A stretch of 62,600 nucleotides of DNA, the filler included, from Rhabdomonas costata (lineage: Eukaryota): the NCBI GenBank assembly GCA_019059605.1. It is 30 parts of 30 records of this genome, joined end to end, with 100 filler letters (N's around TTAATTAATTAA, not from the genome) between each part and the next. Parts side by side here need not be neighbours in the genome. Positions count along the whole stretch, not along the records: positions 48,264 to 50,278 come from JAHMHO010006592.1; positions 50,379 to 52,375 come from JAHMHO010006593.1; positions 52,476 to 54,472 come from JAHMHO010006594.1; positions 54,573 to 56,565 come from JAHMHO010006595.1; positions 56,666 to 58,662 come from JAHMHO010006596.1; positions 58,763 to 60,504 come from JAHMHO010006597.1; positions 60,605 to 62,600 come from JAHMHO010006598.1; 23 more parts are not named here. One strand, given 5' to 3'. The notes under the pieces are model-generated. The model was not told where the DNA came from. It saw nothing but the letters and a program-made list of their open reading frames with translations, and ran no database searches. Of this stretch, positions 48,460-61,066 are shown in pieces. Both the position numbers and the translations under genes were made by a program. Position 1 is the stretch's first letter, and each line of letters begins with the position of its first letter.

Positions 48460-50040
48460 GACCCTAGGAGATGACATCCCGACATCATGGGTAGGAGCAT
48501 CGACTGGCAGGGAGATGCGACATCAACCCTTTCATCCCTCGTCCCTACCCGCCATCTGAGCGTAGCGAGGATGAGCGGGGAGGGCAGGTATCGTGAATGC
48601 CCGTAGCCGTAAAGCGGTGGAGGGCATGAACCATCCTTCATAGGGAGCATCGACCAGAGGGAGATGCGACCAGCTAAGAACCCCTTCACCCTTCAACCCC
48701 CAAGAGGCATTACGTGTCACTCCTCTCCACTCCCCCACCATAAGGTGCGTATGTGGAGATCCGTCCGGGCGTAGCCACAGAGGAACACCCCAAGAGGTGA
48801 AGGCTTTGAGGGTGGACGAGCGTAGCCGTGTAGCGGTGGAGCGAGGGAACCATCACATGTAGGAGGAACGACCGGAGGGAGTGACGACATCCAACACTCT
48901 TTCAGTCCCCCTGTGCCCTCAGCCCTCTGACTCAGCTTGGCATTGAGGCTGTCCCTGCGGGGCCGTGACGTAAGGGTGGTTGAAGGCATTCTTTCACCCC
49001 TCAAGGCATCATCACCCCTACACGTGAAGGCCACCGGCAGGTAGGAGGGTTCTTTCTTCAGAGGGTCATCTTTTCACCCTAGAGGCATTCTTACACCCCT
49101 ACGCATCTTCAACGCTGGTAGAGGTCATGCCTTACACCCTTAGCCTCACCTCCCGACACCCTACGCAAAGAAACACACCCTCACACCTCAAGGCCCTCAA
49201 GACACACACCCCTAGCACCATAAACACACCTAACTATAGCCCTTGCATCGCAGAACCCCTCCTGACCCTCCGACACACAGACCCTGAACCCCTCGAACCA
49301 CGAAACCCTCGAACCACGAAATCCACACGCAGACCTCAAGAACCCCTCGACACACAAAGACACAACACACCATGCTACAGCCGTCAAGAATACGCACAAC
49401 ATCAGCCAGTACACCATCCTTGCATCCTCCACCAACCCACACTCGAAGCATCGACCCACACAGCAACACACTAAGCCATAACACAAGGGCAGAACTCACA
49501 CACAACATCGCTACGTCTACAGAAGGCATGACAAACAGGTCGCAGGAACACAAACAGGGAGAGGGTGAGCATGGTTGTGGAGAGCATGGTTGCAGAGATC
49601 GGAACACGTGAAGCCCTTGACACATCGCATGAGACACTGACACTACGCACCCTGACACCAACCTCACACAAAGCACTCACGCATCGCCTCAACCACCAAC
49701 ATCACACCCTACGCATCCACACCACAACCCTACAGCAACACAGACAGAGGCAAAGACAGAGAGAGCATGATTACAGTAGCCAACAACAAGCACAGCCAAC
49801 AAGCACACTCCGACAACCAACACACCATCGCTCCACAGAACCTCAGCACCCACAGCATCGAACCAACAACAGCACATACCTAACACAATCTCCACACACC
49901 CAACGCTAAGACAACCTGAGACACAGATCCTGAGACAGATAGCATGGTTGACAGAAACGGATACGGCATGGTTAACAGATACTGCATGGTAAACGACTAC
50001 GGCATGGTTGAGAGGGAGCATGGTTGACGAACACTGACCC
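48460..50040 (+). repeat. Internally repetitive, strand-biased non-coding element (contains family A)
   Basis: Degenerate direct repeats (TAGG(G)AGCATCGAC..GGGAGATGCGAC, CGTAGCCGT..AGCGGTGGAG, AGGCATTCTT.CACCCCT), an A/C-rich stretch at 49100-49920, and seven GCATGGT copies. Confidence 0.75.
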
Positions 50041-50077
50041 TGACACAGACCCTGAGACCTTACGCTAACCCTTACAC

Positions 50078-50150
50078 CACTACACTACACACTACTACGC
50101 TACACTACACTACACTACACTACACTACACTACACTACACTACACTACAC
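50078..50150. repeat. (CTACA)n pentanucleotide microsatellite
   Basis: At least 10 perfect units at 50101-50150 plus degenerate units upstream. Confidence 0.95.
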
Positions 50151-51341
50151 CATACATAAGCTAAGAAGAAGAATAAGAACGCACATACGCGCGAGGAACC
50201 CGACACCTGGAGACTAGCTTGGGAGCGCAAAGCCTGATAGGATAGAACGTAGCACCGGAGACAGGAACCCACCACACCNNNNNNNNNNNNNNNNNNNNNN
50301 NNNNNNNNNNNNNNNNNNNNNNTTAATTAATTAANNNNNNNNNNNNNNNNNNNNNNNNNNNNNNNNNNNNNNNNNNNNTGTGGTTTGTCGTTCCAAATGC
50401 CCGAAATGCACGTTTTTTCTGTTATTTATTTTTAGCGGGTGGGTAGCAGGTGCTCTCAGCCTTTCGGGCATTTGGAACGACAAAACACCAGAACACGATG
50501 GAACGACGAGGAGGGGGGGGCAAAAATGAACATTTTCCATCTCAAAGTGTTTTTTTGCGTTTGGCCCAGGTTGTGCATGGCGGTTTTGGCCAGAATTTTT
50601 TAATGACTTGCCGGTGGTTTTTTTTGCCGTATTTTACTCTGATATGGTGGCGCGTTTTTCCTATGCGACAGGCGGAGGGAGGGAGAGATAGAGGATTCCT
50701 TCCCCGGAATACTTGGCAATTTCCGATGTGTTGCGATCGTGGAATCGCAAAACGATTTTCAGAAAAAAGCTGGAGCGCAAAGGGGCAAAACCCGCACCGA
50801 AAAACCCCACTAGGTTGCATACACGAAACACCCTAGAACGCTTTTTTAACTACAAAATCCCGTCAACCCTCATGGCACCGGGTCAAGCAAATGGCGCCCC
50901 GAGGCCGGTAGCCGACCAAAACTGCTCAGGGTGCGTTAACCTCCTTTCAAGCGCCTTTGCGTTCTGATTTGGTTGTTTTACAGCGTTTTGATCCAACTAA
51001 CAACAGGCAATTGACTACTGTTTAATGAGCTGTGTCCTGATTGGACTCGTGGAATGCGCTGGCAAGTAGTAGTATTTCGTAGTATTTCGTAGTCGTAGTA
51101 TTTCGGTGGCCCGCGGGGCTATGTCCACCGAACGAAGCTCGGCGCAAGCTCGACTATCTGTCGCAGAGCCAGATGGTCCCAGATCAATCGAGAAAGAGAC
51201 ACCAAAAAAAACTCAACAGTCGCAGAAAGCTGAACGTTCAAGGCCACACCCACACCCCAGGAGAAGGATGTCACAAGGATATCCGCTTACATTCACAGAC
51301 AACCCAGCTGAGCTCAGTGCAGCCGAGGCGCAGGGACCAAC

Positions 51342-52161
51342 CTATGCCGCAAAAAATGCCTTCCACTCCACCTTAGGACTCAGCTTCGCAAGTGTAACAA
51401 CTACCGTGCAGTCCTCAAGAACCCAGTAAGAGTCCTCCACAAGGACAGCGTCGAAGAGATCGCGGCGGAGCTGCTGCGAAAGTCGAAGACAAAAAACGGA
51501 AAGCAAGCAGGGAGAATGGACTGAATGGGTCAAGAATACATTTGGTCTTTCCGTGAAAGCGAGTGAGCATATAATTTTTCGCGTGATGTGGCTCCCTAAT
51601 TCCATGCTGAAATGTAACTCTGCAGCGTCACAACGGCTGGTAAAACAATGGGGGCTTTGCTGTAGACGTGAAAATAAAAAGACGGAGGGAGACGGCAGGG
51701 TCAACGCTATATTTGCAAAATTACGCCCGCGGTGTGCACATGCCCAAACTGAGTGTTGCCCCAGGAGGACGTCAATCCGGCGGGAAAAGATCTTGGCACC
51801 CACGGGTTCCGCCGTTGCATCATCCACAGGAATGCGGATGGTCACCTGCGTGCACAATGAAGGGAAGAGCCGGAGCTGAGGACAGGATAACTGGAAAAGA
51901 AAAACCTGGGGCAGGGCAATCAAATGGTGCAAATGCCACATACAAGCGAGTCTTCAACAAACTCAACACCATCAAAAAATGGAAGCTGCGCAAAACTTCG
52001 GGGCCACTCCGGTAGCTGTGCAGTGGCATTTGGAAACGGAAGGAGAAGGAAACGGTGAAGGAGCACCTCTGTATCAGTCTGTGACCAGGGAAATGGCCAG
52101 TCATAGTCCACCTTGGGCTCCTCAGGGCGGTAACTGGGGTCCGGAGGAGGAACCCCTGTAC
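51342..52161 (-). CDS. CS (p23/NudC-like) domain protein, last three exons
   Basis: Exons are 52161-52067 (..FPWSQTDTE), 51845-51750/51744 (VTIRIPV...RIDV) and 51473-51342 (LFDAVLVEDSYWVLED..VVVTLAK...WKAFFAA*). They match the CS motifs WxQT..EV and S.W..E...L.K...W. Confidence 0.85.
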
Positions 52162-52803
52162 CTAGAAACCAAAAGTTTCGGCAAGAGGTCAAAATCCAGG
52201 ACATCATAAAATCACCGACCCCACCTCCGCCTTTCCCTCAGGCAAGCTCCGGTAAGAACCCAAAAAGACCTTTGAACCTTCACGTTCTCTGCTATAGGTG
52301 AATGAAACACGGAGGAAGCAAGAACCAACTTTGATGTTGTCGGCAGACCGACGGGCAACCTACGGACCAACCCCCNNNNNNNNNNNNNNNNNNNNNNNNN
52401 NNNNNNNNNNNNNNNNNNNTTAATTAATTAANNNNNNNNNNNNNNNNNNNNNNNNNNNNNNNNNNNNNNNNNNNNAGTCGACCCCCATTGGCTCCAGCGG
52501 GTCAACTGGTCCGGTACGCTTCACAGGCCTTCGTTTGGCTCTTCTAAATGGAGGAAAGAAGTAGTCTTCGGCTGCCGGGGGTCATTGGTGGAACTGGATA
52601 ACCGGTCGCTTTCTCTTCCTGTAGCTTCAGTCACAAGGGAAATAATGCAAGAGCCCAGGATATGGGCGGGAAGGAGGACCCCCATACCACGCACGCGACA
52701 GTGCCCCTCCTTTGTGGGCTCCTCCAGCTGTTCTCTCGGTATTCCATGGCAGCATCTTTCTTGGCGGCCATCTCTCCGCCTAAACCACCCAAAAGTTGCT
52801 CAC

Positions 52804-53385
52804 CTCAACGCGCTCGGTGTTCTCGCAGTGAAAGTCCGCCGGGTCGACCAGGACAAACCGCAGGTCTGGAAACAGCTCCTCTGCCATGAACGGGATGTGC
52901 GAGCCTGGAGCCGCCCCGGCGTACAGCACGGTGTCTCCAGAGGAGGAGTACAGCGTCAGGAACTCAATCTAAGGCGGGGACGAGCAGCGGTGGGTGAGAT
53001 TTGGACGACAGGACAGCGAAGGAGAGAGAACTGGAGAAGAATGACTGTGCCCGGGGGCACCGTGGCTCAGCGCCCAGTCTCAGGTCTCGGTCTCTGCCAA
53101 AACGCACCTGTGCGAAGCGATTGGAATTTCGTCGAGCAAATTTCATTTTAGAAGGTCTGACAAAAGCACTCCAACACTTTCCTCTCTGAAGGATTCCGCT
53201 CGGATTCCACCCTTTCCTTCCCACTGCGACACAGAGATACGGACCTCCGACATCAGCAGCTTGCGCTGACCCCAGTGCAGCACCGTTTTGGTCTCTCCTT
53301 TACGCCGGCGGTAGGGAAGACGCGGGCAGGCCGAGGTGAGCATCCGCGTGAAGGGCTGCGGGTTCTCCACGGTGCCCACCTCCAT
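52804..53385 (-). CDS. VP39-type cap-specific mRNA 2'-O-methyltransferase (MTr2/MTr3-like), two 5' exons
   Basis: Exon 53385-53245 (M...LPYRRRKGETKTVLHWGQRKLLMSE) joins in phase 0 to exon 52968-52804 (IEFLTLY....TVLYAGAAPGSHIPF...FPDLRFVLVDP..F). HWGQRKLL.SEIEFL and Y.G.APG.H are family motifs. Confidence 0.9.
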
Positions 53386-54661
53386 TCGAAAGCCCCCGGT
53401 ATCCAAAGGCATCCTCCAAACGCCTCTTAAATGCGGCCTATCGGGCCGCTTGAGATGTTCGAATACAAACCTCCAAAGAACGAACTTTCGAAGAACACGG
53501 AAGAGGCTTAATGCGTCGTGAAACACGTTGGTAATCAAAACCGCGATGCCGCCATGCCTGGGAACATTACAAAAGACTTTGAATGCGCCGCATTACTAGA
53601 TACATTGCCCAAAACAACCTCGGCCCGAGCTTCAGCACATCTCAGGGGAACCCCATGGACATATTACTGAGAACAAACATCGATGAAAACTCGGAATTAT
53701 ATGTGAATATTCAATAAAATTCAGGGTATTCAGTGTTTTCCTTCCGACTGGACCACTGAACCGAAATGAAGGCTCCTTCGGGGTTCACCGCATGCGATTG
53801 AGCCGTAGAGTTAGCAGGAGGACCTTCCGCAGGTGGACTTCAGGCAGGAAGCGCCCGCAGAAGGGAAGAGGGGCAGGGAATCCCACTCCCAAGACAACAG
53901 CATATATTACAAGCTGAACACGAAACAGTACACCCGCAGCATCGTGACAGAAGTGTACATTCTCCATTCTTTGGAAGGGCCATATAGCGGCGGTTGAGGT
54001 GGGTGTGAGGGGTATGGTTTGATGGCCGCCGGTAAAGAAGGCGAGTGCGCTGATCGAGTCCTGCCAGGCACAGAGAAGTGGTAGTACAGAAACCACCGAC
54101 AGAAAATCCACCCAAAAAAAAATCCAAAATCGACAAGGGGTCCCAAAAGGGAAGCACAGCAGAGCTGCTGCCAAGGTGAACGTCAAAAAGAAGTCCAGCC
54201 CAAAGGCAGTGATCAGGGCCCCGAAAAATGGCGCAGCGAGAAGTGTGAGGAGGCCTAGAAAATGGGCGTCCATCACCAGTGCACAGCGAGAAGAGAAAGA
54301 GAGAGAGAGAGAGAGACAGGTGTAACCGGGTTTTCTCGGGAACACATGGTAGGAGCAGGGATGGTGGAGATGATAGTGGTGCCCCACGCCCACTCCCAGG
54401 AGGAAATGGGCTCCTGAACCGACTGAAGAGATGGTCAAAAACCGATTCACCAACAGTCCCCACCAAATGAAANNNNNNNNNNNNNNNNNNNNNNNNNNNN
54501 NNNNNNNNNNNNNNNNTTAATTAATTAANNNNNNNNNNNNNNNNNNNNNNNNNNNNNNNNNNNNNNNNNNNNTGTTGGGGTTGACAGTGCCCTTCGTGGA
54601 CGTTTCTGCACCCTCCTCTACGTGTCCGTCGTTGCTTGGGGACCCTTTGTTGCTGCCACAG

Positions 54662-55420
54662 GTCTTGAAGGCCATTGCCCGGGACCAGGCCGCGGGTCGC
54701 CCGTCGCTCCCGTTGGAGCACTTCCAGTACGTCAACCAGATTCTGGACCCTGCTGTGGAGGCCCCTGCGGGAAACCCAGCTGTCACCAATGTCTCTCCGG
54801 TATGCCTTCAAGGTGTTGATTCTTGGTGCACAATTGACATAGGACGCTGCTGGCAAGTAAATCAAACCGTTTGCAGCTTCCGTTGGGAACATGGGGCGGG
54901 GGCCTTGCCGTGTAAACCCAGCAAACAGCGTTGTACCTGGGTCCTGCCCCTTATCGATGGTGGGAGAAGCCGCGTTTGTTTTTTTCTGTGTGCTTTTTGT
55001 AACAGCGAAAACAAGGAGGAGGTTCTTTGACCGTCATTGCTTCTTTTTCCTCTTTAGCAGCATGCTCCTGTCGCTGATGTATGATGTATGATATGCAGCT
55101 GCCTGTTTGAATGGCACAGCGAAATCCCCCCTCCAATCGACAGAGGCGAAACCACGACTCATTTTCTTCTCGTCCATCCTTCTCAGGCTCAGCAGGGAGC
55201 CAAGCGAGGAGGAGGGCGCCGAGGCAGCACGAAGGCTCATGGTGGCAGCCCCAGCTTCAGCTCCCCCAGTGGGCACAGCCCAACCCAGGGCCTGCCCCCC
55301 AACCCGAACGCTACCCACCCCGGTGCCCGGAACCACCACCAGCAGCCCAGCAAGGGGCCCCGCAAGCTGGCCCATCTGAACCCTGTTCGGCCGCCCCCTT
55401 CGCACATGAGAAAGTTAAAG
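54662..55420 (+). CDS. Hypothetical protein, two exons
   Basis: Phase-0 AG/GT exons 54662-54799 and 55187-55420; the second is low-complexity and P/G/S-rich. Confidence 0.55.
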
Positions 55421-58400
55421 GTCTGTTCACCGTCATACCGCACGCACGCTTGCCCATAACCGCACACATTCACATGCAGCGTGCCAATAACTGAGGAAAG
55501 CCTCTGCTACTCCGCAGAAAACCATGAATTCCAAGAAATTCCTGCAGCGTTCACTTCCCCCCGAAACTTCGTTTCCTGTTGTTGTCGTTCAAACGCTGAG
55601 ATGCTGCTATGCTTCCTGTCCGTTTCCTCAATGGGGTTGGGTTGGCACCTGCGGTAGAAATGCCCACTGTCGCTCCCTCTCCCTCTCATTTTCCTACGTA
55701 GAGATGTAAGATGGCCCATTGCATTACTGCATCACCCTTACACTCACGCTTCCTCTCACTCACTACCTCAGAGTTGGGGTTTTACCACCCAGCCTTAGCA
55801 TCATCAGCCTCAGCCTTTGCGTGGCCTTCATCTAACGGTTGAGGTGACACCCCACGCCACTGGCACCCAACACTGCTACCACCACTACCAACATCGCGTA
55901 GGAGGGTTGGAGTAGCAGCCTTGACCACCAACAGGAGGTGTCACAGCATCAGCACAAGCATCGACCAACATCAACCCAATGGTTGGGTTGACAGCGTGGT
56001 TATACCCTACCACATCACCGGTTGGCATTGGCACTACCGCAAGCACCAACACTGCCACGACTACCTTACAGTAGTACAGTAGGGGTAATGCATCAGGCGG
56101 AGGGTTGGATGTTACTCCTACGCCTCTACCCTTACGCTCTACCACTACCATCCATAGGGTACGCGTACAACTACTGACAGGGTAACTGAGCCCCTACGTT
56201 GGTCCTACGCCCACAACCATGGTGGTGTAGTGTCTCTGTTCGTAGAGGGCCATGTGACGTGTGCCAATCTGTGGTTTACGCCAATGGCTCACCCTCTACC
56301 CTTTGGTTCCACGTCAGCACCTACACTTGAGCAACCTGTGCATTTCACGTATAGCCTTCGTTTCACCATCTCCCAGTGGCCTTCTACTGGCATACTCCAT
56401 CACGTGGGGGCGTCTGGATTCCAGCCTGCCTTGCCATTCGTGTGGTGGATCGTGTTTCTACACAGTAGGTATGAAGGATGTTGTGTGCACTCGTGTTGGT
56501 GTCGTTTCCTAGGTCGTAGCTGTTGCGGGTAGCGCCTATTGCATGGTCACACAGTTCCCCTAGGTNNNNNNNNNNNNNNNNNNNNNNNNNNNNNNNNNNN
56601 NNNNNNNNNTTAATTAATTAANNNNNNNNNNNNNNNNNNNNNNNNNNNNNNNNNNNNNNNNNNNNGGGTGGGGGTGGGCTTGCTTGGTTTACAGGCCATG
56701 TACTTGGCAATTTGGGTACCAACGTGGTGTGGCCTAGCGTATTCCGACATTTTTCCACCCAGCCAAAAGGAAAGGCAACAAACAGGAGGCAAAAAAACCG
56801 CAGCAAACACACAAAGGGCACAGGGGTCCAGCATCCTTTCCATCTGCCCCCTTGTTATCCTATGGCGTTGCATCGGATGCTGAAATTGGTAGAAAATGGC
56901 ACACAATGCCATGACTTTTGCGCAACTTTTGCGGCCCAAATTTTTACAGCTTATATATCAAAACCACCTTCTTTATCCCATCATTCCACGCATCCTGCTC
57001 CATTGCCGTGCTGCTTTATCTTCCACCGCTGTGGCGCTGCGCTGATGTTGGTGCTGCCTTTCGGCTTCCACTCCCAGCCCATGTTCTCACTCTACTCTCC
57101 TTATCGGCTTTGTCCTTCTCCACCTTTCAGTCGGGGGGTGCGTTTACCCTAATGTTCAGGGTCTGCCATGGCAACCAATTCGTCCGTTAACCGCGAAACA
57201 CAAGCCTTTTTAGACCATTCCTTGCTCCTAACCATACCTTCCACCCTATTCCTCGAGGCTTTAGTCTCCATCTTGACTGTAGAATTTCTGCCCCACACAT
57301 TCCACTCTAGATGCTTCCCCGCTCTTTCCGTCGCATCCTCCTCGATGTCACTCTCCATTTTGCATCCGCTCAACTTGCTGCTGCGGCAGCACCATACCAA
57401 CAAAACTACCGTATTTGACCACAAAACTTAGTTTAATAAATTGATGTAAATATTTTGTATTCTTTTCATGCTAATTTGCATTCTTTTCCAAGTTTTTGCT
57501 TCTCTCAGTTTCCTGTCTTTTCCATAATCCAAAGAGGCAAAGAGGAACCATTATGAAACGATGTGTGTGTTTATATCCTTCTAACGGTTTTGTTTTAGGA
57601 ATGGGAAAAAGGAATTTTAAACCAAATTTCTACCAAAATCAGTGAAGTATTTTGTAAGGTAAGTACGATGTTAGGGAAACGGAGCCAATTCACTTACCCG
57701 GTCTTGTGGAAGATTGTATAGTTGTTGACTGTGGGGCCATCGACGCCTCTCGGGATCTTGTTCATTGGAAAAGAACTGGAAAATGATAGAAATTTATACG
57801 AATTGTGCTTTTGGATTTTAGATCAGCCATTGTGGGCGTTTTCGACCCAAGCAACGCTTATGAGCCGCTTCCCGTTATTGGTGAACACCATGAGCTGACT
57901 GGCGCACGCACTGTTGCTAGATAGAGTGCCGTTGAGAGCGTAGTAGAAGCAAGCGGTGCCATGCGGAACAGAAACCGGGTATTCCACATATGGTAACATA
58001 CACACGGGTCCAGCGCCTTTGCCGCTCTTTGAGACTACGCACTCCTTTCCTGGTGGTATGGGCCTTTCTCGTGGGAAATACCATTGGAGTAATTTAGAGA
58101 GATTTATTCGGATGATTGAAATGAAAGAACCAGTATCCACACAGGCGTTGCCGTTCCAGCAATTTACTATATACTTGCCTTGCAGACTATTACTGCCAAC
58201 TTCGGATGAAATTATTGTACCTTGGTGGTTGCCTCACTGACTCGTTTCCATTGTAAATTCCAGTTGGTGGTATAATAGTGACTTTGATTTCAATGGTCCA
58301 CTTTTGCCTATATATTGTAACTATGAAAAACCAAGTATAACAACTGAAAAACGACTCGCATCTGCGCAAAAAGGCGTTTTTAGGTACCACGACATCAAAA

Positions 58401-59316
58401 GCTCAAGCTAGGTCGATTTCCGGATGGTGGACTTCTTTCTTTTTTCTTTTTTCTTTTTTTTTACCCCACAAACACCATTTTCAAAGATCTTTGAGTGCTC
58501 AACAATGTTATTTTAAAGGGCAAAAGTAGGCTAAAAAACAGCGTCAAACCACCTCAAAAACGGCTTTTATTGTCGTAAAACACGTTTTTTGGTACACGCT
58601 TTCAAAAGCGTTAAGCTGGTTAATTTTGGGAGTGTCGATTTTTACCCTGGTGACCCACCACCNNNNNNNNNNNNNNNNNNNNNNNNNNNNNNNNNNNNNN
58701 NNNNNNTTAATTAATTAANNNNNNNNNNNNNNNNNNNNNNNNNNNNNNNNNNNNNNNNNNNNGTTGCGAGAGCACTGTGTGTGGTTTGTGATGTGAGCAG
58801 AAAGGCAAGGGTGAGCTCAACAACTCACGTATAGGCACCACACAAAAGAAAATGATCACATGGTCACTCAGACAGGGAGAAGGCGAATGGAATGAGCATA
58901 CGGAGCACCTGAATGGGGAACGTGCAACATCGTCTGCGAAGATCTGGAGGCGTCTGCGCCTGGGCCAGATAGCGTATGCACAGCCGGGCTTGTTTCCGAG
59001 CCTTGCCGAGCCTTGCGCGGAACCCGCTCCGCACGAGCAGCCGTGTTCTCGACCCCACCACTCGCTCCAAGGATCCAGCAGCCGTCCATCATCGTTCATG
59101 GCCACTTGCTTTCCCTCTGCGAAAGGCCAGACTATCGTTATTGGTGTAGTCCTGGGTTTTGGGTCACTTCTTTTCTGCGTGCATCTTCCTCGTTTATTTT
59201 GACTCTTCTACAGCTTCTGCTGTTTCTGTAAATTATTGTTGCATCCCTGGCTTCCAGCCAAACGGTGAACAGTGCTGTGGTTTCCGAGTGGTGCCGTTGT
59301 TTGGGTTGGGTTTCAG

Positions 59317-60251
59317 GCGGTGCCGTCTGGGAGGGGTCTCTCCATTCCCATGCTCTGCCTGTGGGTGGCGGTGCACCTGGACATCGCGCACGCCACCTTC
59401 ACGGCCAGCCCGGGCAGAACCCTAACCTCGGCCCACGTCCCCTTCTGCGTTGAGGTTAGTCCACTGCCTACTTGCTGTTTGCCCTTGCCGCAGAAATGTT
59501 GAGCCTCTGAGGTGAGCCAAAAATAGATGGGTCGGTCTCTCAACTCGAGCGGCCTCCCTCTATCTCTCACTCGTTTTATTTCACCCCGCCGCATTGCTTG
59601 CCCCACAAGGTAACATGGGCTGTCAGCATATGAAATTTATATTTTTGGTGTTCTTCATGTTTTTCATTTAAATGTCTCATACCACCAGGAACGCACACCA
59701 TTCAAGCCCATCCGTCGACTAACGCAACTACACCCAATTCATGCGTTATATCGTTGATATCATGTCATCGGAGAAGGCATTTCCCCGCCTCTTCAGGGTT
59801 GTCAAGGGGGTGAAATAACCCCCACAAAACAAGGGCAAAGCAGCACAGCCACAACAGGTCGACAATCTGTTCGAAAGCAGGCGTTCGGTATTAGTTGCGC
59901 TGACAACATATACGGAATTTAAAATTTTAAGGAAGGATGTCACAGCTCACTGTTCACGCATATCACTGGGCGTTCAAAAGAATTTCACCTATCTCCTCAG
60001 GCCAGTGACCTTACCATCGATGCCCTGTTGGACTTGCTGAGCGCCTTCCTGTACAAGCCCCAGATCCCGTGTGCACCTGTCCACCGCCTCTTCATCGTCA
60101 CCGCCCTGTTTCGGATGCTCCGGCTGAATCTCCAGGTGCTCTCTCGGGTCACCCGTCTGGGAACCGGCTCCGCGGCCCCGGGCTCCGGGCCCTTCTCCAA
60201 CGGCTTCGGGCTTGACCTGTGCTCGCGAGGCGTTCCCCCTCTGGTGTCAAG
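59317..60251 (+). CDS. Large E3-ligase-like (HERC2/HECTD4-type) segment, two exons
   Basis: Exons 59317-59454 (LWVAVHLD...VPFCVE) and 60001-60251 (..TIDALLDLL...VTALFRMLRLNLQ) recall the AHLD..PF.VD....F..L..LL..LLRL.L region of HERC2-like proteins. The exon structure is solid; the family call is tentative. Confidence 0.45.
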
Positions 60252-61066
60252 GTCCTCAGCCTCCTCGTTTATTCCCTTTTTTCCACTTTCCCTTTCCCTT
60301 TCCCGTGCTCCTATTTTATCTTCTCCCGGGCTCGCGCCTTAGTGAGAAAGCACCTCACTACTTTTGGTTACGTTGTATTCGCGCGTGGTGTGGGCCGTTC
60401 GGCATTTTTTGCTAACAGTTTTTGGATTAATCTACGCGAGTGGGCAAGTCGGGGACGTCAGGGACAACGTTGACACCATTCACGTATATCAGCTTTACGG
60501 CAATNNNNNNNNNNNNNNNNNNNNNNNNNNNNNNNNNNNNNNNNNNNNTTAATTAATTAANNNNNNNNNNNNNNNNNNNNNNNNNNNNNNNNNNNNNNNN
60601 NNNNGGGTTTTTTTTTTAAATTTCCTCAGGGTTGGTCTCTGGACAAGCATTTTTGTCCCGATATCTTTCACGGACGCTGAAAAGCCGAAATATTCCAGAA
60701 GTCGAGAAAAAGACAATCCCATAACTCCACAGCCACGAAAATCCCGAAGAAATTTAAAAAAAAGACTTCACAAAAGTCCGGCCGAGAGTGAAAGAATAGA
60801 GATCAGAAAATTCTGACTTTAAGGACCGGCCACGCAGCGTTTCGGGAGCTGCTCTATTTACAAAGAGCTTCCATTCCCTCCACTATTCCAGTTCTTCCAT
60901 TCTCCACTGTTTGGACACTGCGTTTGCTGCAAAAAAACTACTTCACCACTTTGAAAAGCCGGAACACAAAGCTGTTCCGGATGAAAGTCGGCAGTGTGAA
61001 AGCTTCTTCGAAGAGTGAAACAGGCTCATCGGCACGTCAAGGAGCAACACAAACACACAGGCACAC

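Noticed and set aside
49100-50021. V/C/L-rich minus-strand ORFs as diplonemid-style mitochondrial gene modules
   Set aside because: No respiratory-chain motif is recognisable. The amino-acid bias follows from the G/T strand skew and appears in all frames.
49942-50025. GCATGGTT repeats as a mini-CRISPR
   Set aside because: The repeat is only 7-9 nt with 9-17-nt spacers, there are no cas genes, and the context is eukaryotic.
50078-50150. (CTACA)n as a telomere
   Set aside because: It is internal, short and followed by unique sequence, and it is not a TTAGGG-type repeat.
57168-58140. ORFs 57168-57431 (+) and 57823-58140 (-) as genes
   Set aside because: No recognisable motif, no host-like GC3 and no convincing splice boundaries.
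60880-60926. Final PI4K exon (ANAVSKQWRMEELE*)
   Set aside because: It lacks the conserved T..YD.FQ..TNGI C-terminus of PI4K III beta.
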